64,000 nucleotides of DNA, from assembly GCF_006345805.1 (NCBI RefSeq), contig NC_042997.1, positions 66,030,001 through 66,094,000 of the forward strand. Direction: 5' to 3'. Source of the stretch: Octopus sinensis. Its lineage: Eukaryota. The position numbers and the translations under genes are program-made. Positions within the stretch are counted from its first letter, which is position 1. Each line of letters starts with the position of its first letter. A model generated the notes under the pieces. The model ran no database searches. It saw nothing but the letters and a program-made list of their open reading frames with translations, and was not told the origin of the DNA. Positions 1-14,459 of this stretch are shown here, piece after piece.

Positions 1-372
1 GAAAGTTTTAGCACCAGTGGAGAAAAATCAAGACATAACAGAGTTGACCAATATCTGCAATGGTTAATATGTCAGCATTATAAAATCAAAACTGCCAACA
101 AATGGTATAATCACTCCCTGAAATGGTAACTGAGTGAGAAAATGTGACAATTCTTTGGGACTTTCCATTATATACAGACCAAAGTTAATAAACCAGATAT
201 GGTTGTGAAAGCCCAAAACCATAAAAACTTGTTTACTGATTGACACAAATATTCCTTGTGATCATAATACTGTGGCAAAAGAATTTGACAAGCTTAGAAA
301 ATATAAAGATTTGCTCACTGGTATAAAAAAATGTGGCATCTCAAAACAGTTAGAATATCAGTGATCTTCTAC
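1..372 (+). mobile_element. Decayed restriction-like-endonuclease (R2/R4/Dong-type) LINE C-terminus
   Basis: Broken frames read RHNRVDQYLQWLICQHYKIK..ENVTILWDFP..NKPDMVV..CLLIDTNIPCDHNTVAKEFDKLRKYKDL..MWHLK, an RLE PD..D motif region. Confidence 0.8.
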
Positions 373-637
373 TTAAGAATAGGAATGGAAAAGTATTGCT
401 TCAACTAAATGTAACCTAATTCAGATCAGTTCCCACATTTTTAATTTTCATCATCATCATCATTGTCCTGAGTGGCTGTGTGGTATGTAACTTGCTTACC
501 AGCCACATGGTTCCGGTTTCAGTCCCACTGCATGGCACCTTGGGCAAGTGTCTTCTACTGTAGCCTTGATCCAACCAAAGCCTTGTGAGTGGAGTTGGTA
601 GACAGAAACTGAAAGAAGCCCATTGTATATATGCATA

Positions 638-673
<36 letters not shown>

Positions 674-1059
674 TCCCCCCAACATCACTTGACAACCAAT
701 GCTGGTGTGTTTACGGCCCTGTAATTTAGCAGTTCGGCAAAAGAGACCGATAGAATAAGTACTAGGCTTACAAAGAATAAGTCCAGCATGGCCACAGTCA
801 AATGACTGAAACAAGTAAAAGAGTATAGATACATGTATGGCTGTGCAGTAAAGAAGTTGTGTTCCCCATGGAATTCTAATCCTTGTATATGATACTGGGT
901 AAGTGTCTTCAACCTTTGCTTTAGGTTGAACAATACACTGTGAGTGGAATTCGGTAGACAGATACTGTGCATCAGTTCACTGTGTGTGTGTGTGCATATG
1001 AGAGAGAGAGAGTTTATTTTGCCAGGTCTGGAGGAAATTTAGATACACATGATCTTTGC

Positions 1060-1360
1060 CAGTCCTCCTAGAATGGTGAGATTGATGTCATCACTGTTCT
1101 TCTTGAACCTTTCTATGAGATATATGAGAAAGGAGGGTATTCAAAGAGTCAAGGTTCCAAGAAAGAAGACTGGGTGTAGTCATTAGTGTGAAGCCTAGGG
1201 TAATAAACACAACAAGGATGCTGAGAGGATAAGAGGAAAGTGTGATGCAAATGTTTGAGTGGAGGTGGAATGAATCCAGCCAGCTCCAAAGAGGAGAGGC
1301 CATTATAGTAGTAATAGAGAGGAGGCAGCACGCTTATAGGCCAGAAGATATACCATACCA
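1060..1360 (-). mobile_element. CR1/L2/Jockey-like LINE 3' remnant
   Basis: ORF 1149..1361 LYYYYNGLSSLELAGFIPPP..SSQHPCCVYYPRLHTNDYTQSSF matches the post-RT C-terminus of these clades. Confidence 0.65.
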
Positions 1361-1699
1361 TTCCTAATTTCTTGAAATTATTTCCCTACATTTCTGAGAA
1401 TCACTAACAATTGTTACTTCTTTCTTTATATCTTTTGGGTTTTTTTTTGGGGGGGGGGGGTTATATACAACACACAGTCTTTCACCTTGTAACTTTACAC
1501 TCTAAATTTTGGGATAAGGAATAATCAACAAAGCTGAAACCAGTACATAACAGGTATTCTATATGGGATTAATACATAGCATGTAATGGATAATATGAAA
1601 CAATAATACTAAAAGGTAACAAACGGATATGGGATTATTATATAACATGATGAATAATAAAGTCAGTCACTACAAAATTTGAAACTGAGACATAAACGA

Positions 1700-1990
1700 G
1701 CAGAACTAAATACACTAAACTCCCTCTTATCCAGTACTTATACCCAGATTATTTTTCAAATCACTTCCACTCTGTTGTACATGCACACTGACATTACCCA
1801 TCCAATGAAGCATACTGGTTTCATTTCTTTCAAGTCTTCATATATCCTCAGTAGTCACAGCCTATGTCTCAATGCCATGTATCATAGCTGTTCATACACA
1901 GGCATCATACAAAATGCGTTTCACTCTGAGGGAGAAGCCCTTCCTTACTAACAGAGATAGTAGCTCTCTGAGTGCATATTATCTCTATCA
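1700..1990 (-). mobile_element. Decayed RTE ORF2 fragment
   Basis: Reads ..LYDACV*TAMIHGIET*AVTTEDI*RLERNETSMLHWMGNVSVHV, the typical RTE post-RT region. Confidence 0.75.
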
Positions 1991-4900
1991 CTACTGCTTT
2001 TGTCCTCCCCTTACCCTTCAACTTAATAACTCAAAATATAAAGAGGAATGAAATGCCACTAAGCATTTTGTCCATTGAGCTAATGATTCTACCAGCTAAT
2101 AATAATAATAATAATAATTTTCGAATTTGGGCACAAGGCTAGCAATTTCGGAGGAGGAGATAAGTCAATTACATCAACCCCACTGCTCAAGTGGTACTTA
2201 TTTTATCAACCCCAAAAAGATGAAAGGCAAAGTTGACCTCAATGGAATTTGAACTCAGAACATAAAGACAAATGAAATGGCACTAAGCGTTTTGCCCAGC
2301 AAACTAAAGATTCTGCTAGCTTGTCACCTTATTATTCTATGCAATATTGATTAGATGTAATAGACCAAAACATCTATAACTGCATCTTGTCTGTGAACAA
2401 AGATCAAACTTTTCACACCCTAAGCATGTAAATTAACTGCTGATAAATTAGTTCTTAATTTCTAGAATTTCTACATTTCTGAGAATCACTAACAGTTGTT
2501 ACTTCTTTCTTTACTTCAACATAAAGATGGCTGAAATACTGCCAAGCATTTTGCCTGGTATGCTAATGATTCTGCTAGCTCACCACCTTAAATTAAAACA
2601 ACAACAATACACGGGGGATGGGGGCATCCCTCTCTCACACCACCAGCAACAACTCCTGTTGCGCAAATTAGCTTCATGTAAGAAAGCAACATTATTTTCC
2701 TTCAGAGAACCATGATGGAAGGGAGACTATTCTTGAAAAGTCATAGACTTAACTGACATGATAATGTCAGTAATACAGGAAAATATTTCAATGTTAGTCA
2801 AATGGGGGAATGCCAATAAGGAACTTATAAATCTCCACATGTTTCTGCATACTAAATTTTTGTAACTGTTATCTGTAGATGATCTTCATTCATAGTTTTC
2901 GTTGTATAGGAATAAAAAAAAAACTTCACTTCATATCTGCATTTTAAAAATTATTTTAAATATTTATTTGTTTGTATGATCTTAAGAAAATTATCACGCT
3001 AACGAGAAAATGAAACTTTGATAAAAAGATTGTTTTTACAAAGAGAATATATTTAATGTTTTAAATTAGGTTATTAAGAACAGATACAGGAAATAAAATA
3101 TAATTTTTTAAATCATTTTGTATGAAATAAGAACAGTATTTAGACCACTTCCAGTAAAGAATATAGAGTATTGAATTGATATATTTGTCCTATATCACTG
3201 AAATGATATCAGACAAGTAACAATGGTTAGAAAGTGAAAAAAATTGTAATGACTTATTGTCTCAGTAACACAAACATTCCTGTCCCTCATGACTTCTAAC
3301 TCATTCCCTTCAATTCCTCTCATTTACTCCAAATTGTGTCCTCCTCCTCCTCTGCTATCACTGCTGCTAAACTGTGGCACTCTCAACCACTGTACCAGTC
3401 CTGTTTTCTCTGAATGTCATTCATCTGGAAGTTGCAACTATGTGTTACTTCTGAAGTTATTAATTTGCAACAGTTCAAGGGGGACATTAATTGTGTCACT
3501 TTCATTGGCTAGGGGATTTGCAAAGACCAAGAGCATAAACCCTTCTATTGCCAAACCAACTGAAACAAAGCAAACAAATCATATTACACTGAATAAATTT
3601 TTAACTTATAACTGACATTATTTCCAAGTGTGAAGGTGAGTGGCTTCGTGGTGAGGATTCCAGGCCAGATTCTAAAAGTGGCAGGAATGCGGGGACTGGC
3701 CTATTACTGCACAAGGTGACTATTTTGAAGGAGATGATGTTAAAACTTAGGTAAATAAATTATTTTTTATCAAATATAAGGTCATAAGTTTGATTCCCAG
3801 AGCTATGTTGTGCCCCTTGTGCAAGTCACTTTATTTCAAGTTGCTCCAGTTCACTCATCTTGTAAAAATGAGTTGTATCTGTAATTCAAAGGGCCAGCCT
3901 TGTCACATTCTGTGGCATGCTGAACCTCCCTGAGATCTGCATGAAGGGTACACATGTTGTGCTCCAAAATGACCACAGTTGTATGGCTGAAAAGGATAAA
4001 AGGATAAACGTCTGTGGAGTGCTCAGCCACCTGCACATTAATTTCATGAGCTGGCTGTTTTGTTGACTGAATCAGCTAGAACACACATCATTATAACCCA
4101 CAGAGAACCAGGCCACTACCAACTTAGTAATCACTCTGATTCTGCCCTGTGTAACATTAAATATCATAAAACTCTTTATTAACAATCAGACTAAACTTAT
4201 CAGCATCATTTCAAAAATAGACAATCCCATTTCTTTATCTTCTAAATCAGGTATGGGGAAACTTTTTCAATATTGGTCATGCATTGCAAATGCATAAGAA
4301 TTTGTGGAAACACACCTGTGCAGAGAAAAATATTGATATTGATTTTTTTTTTTTTTTACAAATTCATAGCTATACAATTTGCATTAATCCTTCAGTTACC
4401 ATATTCTTGTTGAAATACACTGCCTTTATTTCAATTAAGTTTGAACATACTAGAGAATTTAGCAAAATAACTTTGTCATTAGTTAACTGGTATTTGGACC
4501 AAAAATTAACATGAAATTTTGATGAAAGCAATATTATCGCCAGTTCAAATATGCTTGGGGCATATTTGAACCCATGAGAAAGCCATTCACTCCACCAAAC
4601 ATATTTTCCATCATTCCATGTTTTTTGTATGCAAGCTGGCGGGGTCCACTCTGAGCACTCTAATTTTTTCACAGTGAACATACTGGCAGTCTCAGACAAT
4701 TGGTGAAGAGCACCCTTGGAGAAACCATGTGGGCCAAAATGACCAGGAGTATTTATATACCCTATTGCTTACCACTGCCACCCAGTAATTTGATGAAAGG
4801 TTTTAATTTAGACCACATTAAAACAGGAAATCTATGTCTTAGAATCAGAGAGGACTAGTATCAAAAGGGTTATATAACTATGTGTTTCAGAATTGTGATT

Positions 4901-5154
4901 TGCTTTTTTTCTTTTTTTTTTTTCATTTTGGAACTTAGCAGTAAACAATACCAGAAAATTTTAAATATGTCAAAACTATTGTTTATACTTGTTCCAGGTG
5001 TGACTGTGTGATAAGAAGCTTGCTTCCCAACCACATAGTTCCAGGTTCAGTCCCACTACATAGCACCTTGGGCAACTGCCTTCTACTATAACCTCAGTGG
5101 ATTTGGCAGACAGAAACTGAAAGAAGCCTGCTGTATAATATAAATACGTATGTA

Positions 5155-5253
<99 letters not shown>

Positions 5254-5970
5254 TGGTGTGTCTTTGTGTATGTGTTTGTCCCTAACAACAGCTTGACATC
5301 TGGCGTTGGTGTGCTTATGTCCCCATAGCTTAGTGGCTTGGCAAAAGAAACCAATGGAATCAGTACAGGGCTTTACAATAAAAATAAGTACTGGGGTCAA
5401 TAAGTTTGACTAAAATTCTGGAAGGCAGTGCCCAGCATGGCAGTCAAATGACTGAAACAAGTAAAAGATAACAGACAGATGAATACCAGCACAACCTTCA
5501 TATCATTCAGTTTCTATTGCTTACCCAGGAAAGTGTGTGTATACTTGAAAAGTCTTGTCTTAATTTACAAACTCATTAATTCCTTAACAACTTTTACTTT
5601 ATGGTTTAATCAGAGGGTGAATAACAGCACCTACAACCTTTGCAGAACCTCTGAGATTAGATAGCAGAAGAAGTGGGAAAAATCACAATTTAATCATATG
5701 AAAGTGCATATCATCATCATCATGAAAGGTCTCAGAGGATAGCAAAGTGGTCTTACTCTGGGATATACTAACACATATATTATTACAAGATTTTCTTTGG
5801 TAGTTTCATGCAAATTTCTACTGTACCACCTGGTGCACTTTTTCATGTTACTGAGGTGTGTGGCATTGTGTTCTTATTTTTGTGAGGATTGGAGGACTGT
5901 AGAGTCCTTCTATTGGTGTACTATACCAGATTGTCTAGTTATAGAATTTAATTTCTCGTTTCTTGTTATA

Positions 5971-6193
5971 CTGGTTTCAAATTTTTGCACAAGGCCAGCA
6001 ATTTCAGGGGAGGTGGGGGTAAATCAATGACATCAACTCCAGTGCTTAACTGGTACTTACGTTTTATCAACCCCAAAAGGATGAAAGACAAAGCCGACTC
6101 CAGTAGAATTTGAACTGAGAACATAAAAACAGATGTAATGCCGCCAAACATTTCACCAGGTATGATAATGATTCTGCCAGCTCACAATCCTAT
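5971..6193 (-). mobile_element. SINE family B (Meta-domain-like core) with 13-bp TSD. Other copies ~2120-2335(-), 8210-8400, 9375-9535, 10905-11130(-), 12652-13100 (x2), 57780-58555 (x4), 58850-59100
   Basis: Core ttctgagttcaaattcc..gactttgcctttcatcctttc.ggggtcgataaattaagtaccag; TSD gtttcttgttata at 5958-5970 and 6194-6206. The Meta label is from memory, not searched. Confidence 0.85.
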
Positions 6194-7034
6194 GTTTCTT
6201 GTTATATTAGTGCATGTTCTGTTGCATGTAGTGTGTACTATACGAGTTCTGTTATTTCATTGAGTCTTAATTTTGTACAGTATATGTTGCAAAATTTCCA
6301 CAAGTTGTCTTGTCTTAGAATATTAGTGTTATGGGTGAAGATTGCTCTATTTGAGATACTCTTTGAAACTGAGCTATTCTATGGAAATTACAGTGTCTTG
6401 CGCAAGAAATGGGTTGTTCTTGACAAAGCTATTGTCAAGTGTGTAGTGCTAGGAATCCTGGTATGATTTCTGTTTCACTGCACAAAACTTCTACAATAAT
6501 ATAAGAGCACTACATTACATACAAATTAGAAATGTAAGCATAGCTACTTATATACCATCGTTAACCATTATTACACAGCTTATGGCTTATTACTACTAAA
6601 AAAAAAAAAAGCAGAAAGTAAACAGGTGTAGCTATGTGGTAAGAACCTTACTATCCAACCACATGGTTCCAGGTTCAATCCCGCTGTATGGCACTTCTAC
6701 TGTAAGTGTCTTCTACTATAGCCTCCATCCAACCAAAGCCCTGTGAGTGGATTATTTGGTAGACAGAAACTAAAAGAAGCCAGTCATGGGCATCTTAATG
6801 TCTGTTTGTCCCCTACCACCATTTGATAACTAGTGTTGGTGTGTTTATGTCCTTGTAACTTAGTGGTTCAAGCATGAAGCTTTAGGAAAAATAAGTACTG
6901 GGATTGATATATTAGACTGAAAATTCTTCCAGGCAGTGCCAGTCTAATGACTGAAACAAGTGAAAGACAAAAGACTATGAAATATATAGAAGACAAGAAC
7001 TAAGATTGGTAAACAGAGCAATAGCTGTACAATA

Positions 7035-7533
7035 TATGAGGGGATGCTGAAAAGTTCCTGGCTTTAAGGGTCTCACAAAAGGCCTGGTTGGAAGAACCAA
7101 CCTTCTGAGTTCTTTTATAGAGATTAGGAAAACTGAAGGAAACAACTGGGATTTTACCCTACATACCTACACTATGTATGTATGTATGTATGTAGGTACA
7201 TACGTACGTACGTATGTACATATGTATGTATGTACATATGTACGTATGTATACATACATACATACATACGTACGTACATACATACATACATACACCTGTT
7301 TACTTTCTGCTTTTTACAAGGGGGTGCTGAAAAGTTCCTGGCTTTAAGGGTATTGCAAATGACTTGACTGGAGGCTCAACATGCCAAGTTCTTTTACGGG
7401 GCTTAGAAAACCTGAAGGACTGCTGCAATAAGTGAGGGAATCTGAGAGGGAAATATGTTCAATAAAATCATAATTAACTGATCCTCCTGTATTTTCATTT
7501 ACCCAAAGCCAGGAACTTTTCAGCACCCCATCA
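7035..7533. mobile_element. Mariner-derived MITE (7315-7533) plus partial direct copy (7035-7140)
   Basis: TIRs ggggtgctgaaaagttcctggcttt / aaagccaggaacttttcagcacccc. Confidence 0.85.
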
Positions 7534-7826
7534 TACATATTCCATACTACTCATCATAATAATAATCATTATATTTATCACCATCATTATTATCCATACC
7601 AAGTAACATATTTCACAACTGTGGCATGCGAAAAACTTGTGAATTAATCAGTATGAAACATCAGTACACACTTAAGAATAGAGAAGAACTTACTAACTTA
7701 TCTATAAATAAATTTTGAACCAGAAAGATGATGTAACTTTAACATTTATTCACTCAATAAATTATTCAACAGTAGCATTACAAAGGTAATCAGTGGAAGG
7801 TGGAAGGTTTTTCTGAGATTGCTTAC

Positions 7827-7944
7827 CAAATGCTTGCTGAGAGCCATCTGTTTTCTTCAACACAAGCGCTACTGATGGACAAAGACCGAGTTCCAATAGG
7901 CTTTTTGTAGCATCTTCTTTTGTGAAATCTCGACGAGGAAAGGG
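7827..7944 (-). CDS. UBX-domain gene, exon D, C-terminal half of UBX (PFPRRDFTKEDATKSLLELGLCPSVALVLKKTDGSQQAF)
   Basis: Acceptor ttttgtttttcattatag|, donor G|gtaagc; 118 nt. Contains the UBX FPR loop and L.ELGL.PS motif; ends phase 1 with no stop, so the gene continues. Confidence 0.93.
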
Positions 7945-8729
7945 CTATAATGAAAAACAAAACACCATGGAGTCAATCAAAATTATTACAGAAACACATA
8001 AGGAAAATGTTTTAATAACACATCATTAAAATGTTATGTTAACACATTATTACCACATGCCATTCATCTTTACGGTATTAATAAATTTAAGTGCGAGTCA
8101 ATTAATGGAGTCAATATAATCATCTGTGCTCCTTCCTTGAATATGAGGTTTTGTACCAATATTAGAAATTATTACTATTGTTATAATTATTATTATCATT
8201 ATTATATATAAAGGCAATGAGCTGAGAGAATCATTAGCATGCTGGGTGAAGTGTTTAATGGCATTTCATCCATCTTTACATTCAAATTCCAACAGGGTTA
8301 ACTTTGCCTTTCATCCTTTCAGTCATGTACTGGGGTCGATGTGATCGACTATCATCCTCCTCACAAATTCCAGGCCTTGTGCCTATAGTAGAAAGGATTA
8401 TTATTATTACTATTATTATAGTGATGGCACATGGCTTAGCAGTTAGGGTGTCACATTCATGATCTGGCGATCATGATTTCAAACCCTACACCAGGTAGTA
8501 CATTGTAGTCTTGAGCAAAACACTTCATCTCATGTTGCTCTGCGGTCATTTCAACACCTGATACATGGTACACTATGCACCTATTCAGACAACATTGATT
8601 TTATGGAGAGAGTGAGCGAATGTGCACCATAGACATTTGATCACTATAAACAAATCATTTGTGCAAGCCATTTGACAAACACTCATACATCATCTTCAAC
8701 AAGAAAGTCCATCATCATCATCATTATTA

Positions 8730-9320
8730 TTATTCAGTGAGAGAGCAGTGCATTCCATCAAAATGACACTGGGGTAAATATACAAAGCCCAGTAAACCCA
8801 TAATGACTACCCATTTGATAAGGGTACACTAGGCACATGCATCACAACCATATGTGCACGACATGGTGATCTCATATCAAGATAAACAGCACATGACCTT
8901 GCAGGTGGGGCCCAGTTAGAATTTTCTTCTGGTCTAGTAGCCCATCCAACTTAAAAGGTCCCTGAATAAGGATTGTTTAAGGATGTTGAACAAACCATCC
9001 ATGTTTCCAAAGGTGAATTATCCAAACCTCTAAGAATTCCTTTCAACACATGGCTATGGTGCTCCCCCACTACTTCTGCTCATGATCAGAGATGCACTAA
9101 TCTTCAGCCACTAAGGGACATGGCCAACTGGTTAAAGTCAAACAACTGACAAGCAAATCTGTGATATTGAGCAGAATATTTGCTGTAGCCCATCTTTTAT
9201 ACCAAGACAAAACAATGTACATGATGACACTTACGATCAGTTAAGATCAGAAGCCATAAGAGCCACTGTCTGGTACTGCATCAGTGCAGTTACTGCATCA
9301 GGGCAGAAGTACTGCATCAG
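8730..9320 (-). mobile_element. Unclassified ~590-bp interspersed repeat bounded by (ATT)n
   Basis: Higher-GC block with an (AAT)n tail on the minus strand and three gtactgcatcag-type repeats at its other end; class not determined. Confidence 0.5.
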
Positions 9321-9331
9321 GGCAGTTATTA

Positions 9332-9368
<37 letters not shown>

Positions 9369-9622
9369 GATTATTAAAGCTAGCAGAATTGTTGCACACC
9401 AGGCAAAATACTTAGCAGCATTTCGTCCGTCTTTACATTCTGATTTCAAATTCCAGCAAGGTCGATGTAACACTTCATCCTTTAGGGGTCGATAAATTAA
9501 GTATCAGTGAAGCACTGGAGTCGCTGAAATCAACAAGTGACACAGGCGGCACACACTCTAGCTATGCTAGATGAAAACTATGTTTGAAAAACCGACTATA
9601 TATATATATATATATATATATA

Positions 9623-10221
9623 GTGAAAAAAAAATCAAACAGCATTTCAACTCTGTGTGAGTATCTATATAAAAGGGAGTCATGTGAATATTTGTGTGTG
9701 TGTGTGCAGTGGAAGTGGGATGGTGAACATTCAATGCTGAAAAGTAAAATCAAACAGCATTTCAAATCTGTGTGAGTATATGTCTGTATGCATGTACAAG
9801 GGAAGTATGGGAATGCATTGAATGTTCACCATCCCACTTCCACTGCACACAAATATTCACATGACTCCCTTTTATATACATACTCACACAGAGTTGAAAT
9901 GCTGTTTGATTTTTTTTTCCACCACAGAACTTCCATCATCTCACTACCAAGTTTACCATCACCCCTTCCTTCCTTATTCATCTATCACCCCTTTCTTTCT
10001 CATATGTTGTGATGGAGAAATACACAATAGTATTATTATAGTAGAAGATAAGGATGGTATATCAAATTAATACACTTGTCAATGTTCACATACATTCACA
10101 TACCTCCCTTGTACATGCACACGCACATATACTCACACAGAGTTGAAATGCTGTTTGATTTTTCTTTTCAGCATTGAACATTCACCATCCCATTTCCATT
10201 GCACACACAGACATACACACA

Positions 10222-10281
<60 letters not shown>

Positions 10282-10415
10282 AACATTCACATACCTCCTT
10301 TTCCATACACACACATACTCACACAGAGTTGAAACACTGATTTTTTTTCACCCCTTTTCTTGTTATTCATCTATCACCCCTTCCTTTCTCATTCATATGT
10401 TGTGACAGAGAAAAA
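9623..10415. repeat. Complex local inverted plus direct duplication of a ~110-bp unit
   Basis: 9623-9737 is inverted to 9815-9922; further partial copies at 9738-9810, 10080-10205 and 10280-10415. Confidence 0.9.
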
Positions 10416-11714
10416 CAGAAGATATACTATGTGCTCTTTGCCACTTTCTCTCTCTCATTGCTCTTACTTTCTCTCACTTCCTCTCAGTCAGGCCTATTAC
10501 TCTCACTATTTCTCCTTCACTGAATTACCATTTTCTCTCCTCTCCCTTCACTTATACTACTCTTTCTTCTAATTCCTGTGTGATTTTGGACAAATATAAA
10601 TATATAAAAACATTATGTTCATTATTATATTAGGAGATACACACACACACACACACACCACACACACTCACACACACACATGCACATCCCTCACATACAG
10701 TGCATGTATGGAAATCTTACCATAATGTAGAATTCCATAATGCAAAGCATATTTCCACCAGATTTCAATGCTTATTGGCTTTCATATAACATGAAAGTCA
10801 TTAGAAAATAAACTTCGCATTATAGAATTCTACATGAAGAAAATTGAGGAAAACAAAGTCTTTGCAACATAGGGGAAGCCTGCTTGTTTTATATATATAT
10901 ATTTCTTTATTGCCCACAGGGGGATAAACACAGAGGGGACACACAAGGACAGACAAAGGCATTAAGTTGATTACATCGACCCCAGTGGGTAACTGGTACT
11001 TATTTAATCAGCCCTAAAAAGATGAAAGCAAGGTCAACCTCAGTGGAATTTGGACTCAGAACATAATGGTAGATGAAATGCCGCTAAACATTTCACCTAA
11101 TACGCTAACAATTCTGCCAGCTCACCACCCTTTTTGTTCCTTGATGACTATATTTATATATAATCATCAAGGAACAATTACATACACATTCATAACTCTT
11201 CCTCAATAGCTAACTTGTATTTCTAAAATCTCTCAACCTTCCTACTCAAGGGTTTCTGCATTTCCAAAGCAGTGATACATCAAATATCATCAAATAAGCA
11301 CCATGAAATGGTAGCAAAAGGAATTACATAGAGCTCATTGTCAAGTCTTTCAAAAGCTGTTACTACCAACATATGTACTCATTTAGGCTAAGAGACAGAG
11401 AGAAAACACAATATTCCTGTCAGAATTCTGCTGAACATTTAGGGATCAATGATCTCCAATAACATGAAGTTCTGTCAATAAAGCCACTCTATACTTCAAT
11501 GGATTACAAAATTGCAAGCTTTGTCTATCTGAGAAGCTTCAGATGTTACAGCAACTTCATTTAACTATAGCATTATCTAATTAACCTTTGAGAATTTGAC
11601 TTAGTTTTATTCAGTGTATATTGTTTGTTCTCAAATATCTTAGGAGTGCGAAACTTTAAGTTACAATGGCGAGAACCACCAACTAATACCTAATGCAAAC
11701 ATACATACAGATAT

Positions 11715-11748
<34 letters not shown>

Positions 11749-12482
11749 ACACATACAAATATAAAAATATACACCCATGTGTGTATGACTTGAGTAATAT
11801 ATTCATGAAGAGGAGAATGATCATCATCAATATTCTCTTCATGAGTTATTAGCTGGCTTGCTAACAATGTCAGCTGATTGAATCAATACATCAAAACAAG
11901 GTATCAGCAGCAGAAATATCTAAAGTAAAAAAAAATCAATAAGTGTGGAAGGCAGAGAGTGCAACAGACATGATAGTGATATAACACATCGTCAATGTTG
12001 TTCACCTGTGCTGATGATCATGCAAGGGAATATCTACCTGATTGCTCAACCTGCAAGAAACAACAGCAAGTCAGAACCTTCAAATCACACCCTATGGAGC
12101 AAGAAGAGCAGAATACATCATGTAAAGTAATATGAGGGATAACTATGAGCGGAAAATGACAGGAACGTTGTAGCTGCAATGCTTTTGATCATAGGTCTGC
12201 TCAATCAGTTCAGCTCAAACGCTTACAGTGGGAAGGTTACAACAAAATGACAAGGTTTGAAATCATATCACACACACACACAAACAGCACAATCATATGG
12301 AAAGGAGCAGAACCCACTCACATGATTCAAATAAAATATAGTAGAAGTGTTGCAAGTATGGTTTCCATGAACAGAAAGAACCAGTGTTTGAGTGAGGTAC
12401 AGTGTCACTTCAACAGATTCGTCTTCCTCTTAAAAGCATACAAAACAACAAATAGGCAACCATTCCAAAATCACTGACATCC

Positions 12483-12507
12483 TAGATGATGATGATGATG
12501 ATGATGC

Positions 12508-12591
<84 letters not shown>

Positions 12592-12607
12592 GATGATGAT
12601 GATGATG

Positions 12608-12652
<45 letters not shown>
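12483..12652. repeat. Compound (GAT)n(ATT)n microsatellite
   Basis: Read directly from the sequence. Confidence 0.98.
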
Positions 12653-12654
<2 letters not shown>

Positions 12655-13640
12655 GGCAGTGAGCTGGCAGAATCATTAGCACACTGGATGAAATTCTAGG
12701 CGGTTTTTAGCCTGTTCATATGTTCTGAGTTCAAATTCCACTGAGGTCAACTTTGCTTTTCATCTTTTTGAGGGGGTCGATTAAATTAAGTACCAGTTAT
12801 GTACTGGGTTGATCTAATCAACTGCCCCCCCCCACCCCCATCCCAAAATTCCAGGCCTTGTGCCTATGGTAGAAAGGATCCTTTTTATTAAGACAGCAAG
12901 CAGGCAGAATTGTTAGCATACTGGATGAAATGCTTAGTGGCATTTCACTGATCACTACAGTCTGAGTTCAAATTCCGCCGTGGTAAACTTTACCTTTCAG
13001 AGTTGATGAAATAATTTCAAGTCAAGTGCTGAGGTTGATGTAATCGACCAGACCCCTGCCACCAAATTTCAGTCCTTGTGCTTTTAGCAGAAAGGATTAT
13101 TATTACTATTTGTATTACATTTCACTAGGCTTGCTAAATCCCTTTTAATTGGTAATGTGCTGTTTATGATGACAAATCATGTGTTTCTGAGTGTGTGTAT
13201 CTATTTGTGTGTAGATACATATGTATCTTTATACATCTATACATGTGAATACTGTATGTGTGTGCATACATACAGATATGAATATATATACACACATACA
13301 CACACAAATATACAGACATGCAAGTGCAGACATACGTATACACACACAAACACCTGTATGTGTATATGTCTGTGTGTGTGTGTCTATGTTCATTTCTGTC
13401 ATTCCATTTCTTTCCTCTTTTTTTTTTTGAACCATAGTACAAGGGGCCACTTGAGCAAAACTGTGGTTTAGAGTAGTGATCTCTATCTATTTCCTGCATA
13501 AATAAACATAAATCAGACTCTGCTCACTCCTAACGCAGGATTGCATTGAGTGCATCCATGTCTTTGTGCACAATAAACAAAAACAATACACAAACACACA
13601 CACTGACAGGTAGATAGACAGATGGAGAGAGAGAGAGAAA

Positions 13641-13674
<34 letters not shown>

Positions 13675-14459
13675 TATACATAGATAGATAGACAGACAGA
13701 CAAATAGACAGGCAGGTAGAGAGACAGATAGACAAACAAATGGATAGGCGGGTGGATGGACGGACAGACAGACAGGTAGATAGATAAAAAAAATCAATGC
13801 CAAAACAGGCAGTACAGCTTGGCACAGTCTTTGGATTTGCCAGCTTATGTCAAACTGTCCAACCCATGCAAGCATGGAAAGCAGGTGTTAACCCTCAAGC
13901 ATTCATATTATTCTGTCAAATGTAATGCATATTTATTCACATTATGTTGAATTAAACCTGCATTATTTTGTAGCTTTGAGAGTTTGATGATTGATTGTTT
14001 ATTTTTAAAATGACATTGTATGGTAAGTGTGAGGGGCCTGATCTGGCTGGTTTAAATGCTAAAGGGTTAAATGATGATGATGACAGACATGCGCACACAC
14101 ACACACACATATATATATATATACATACCTACATTAATTAACTGAAACACTGCCAGTTAGGACGACAAGGGTTCCAGTCGATTCAATCAATGGAACAGCC
14201 TGCTCATGAAATTAATGTCCAAGTGGCTGAGTGCTCCACAGACAATGCATACTCCTAAAGTAGTTCTCAGGGAGATTCAGCGTGACACAGAATGTGACAA
14301 GGCTGGCCCTTTTGAATTACAGCTTCACTCATTTTTTTTGTCAGTTAAGTGAACAGGAGCAGAGTGAAATAAAGAGTCTTGCTCAAGGATACAACACACG
14401 GTTGCTTTAGTTCATAATCATAAGCTGAATACCCCAACTACTAAGCCATGCACCTTCAA

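Noticed and set aside
3440-3559. Strong minus-strand acceptor at 3560 as the next UBX exon
   Set aside because: It is phase-compatible but reaches a stop after ~40 unremarkable codons; cannot be supported without transcripts.
4370-4790. ORF 4370..4699 as the exon following UBX exon D
   Set aside because: The only phase-compatible acceptor (caatag|GG) has no polypyrimidine tract, there is no clear donor, and no motif is recognisable.
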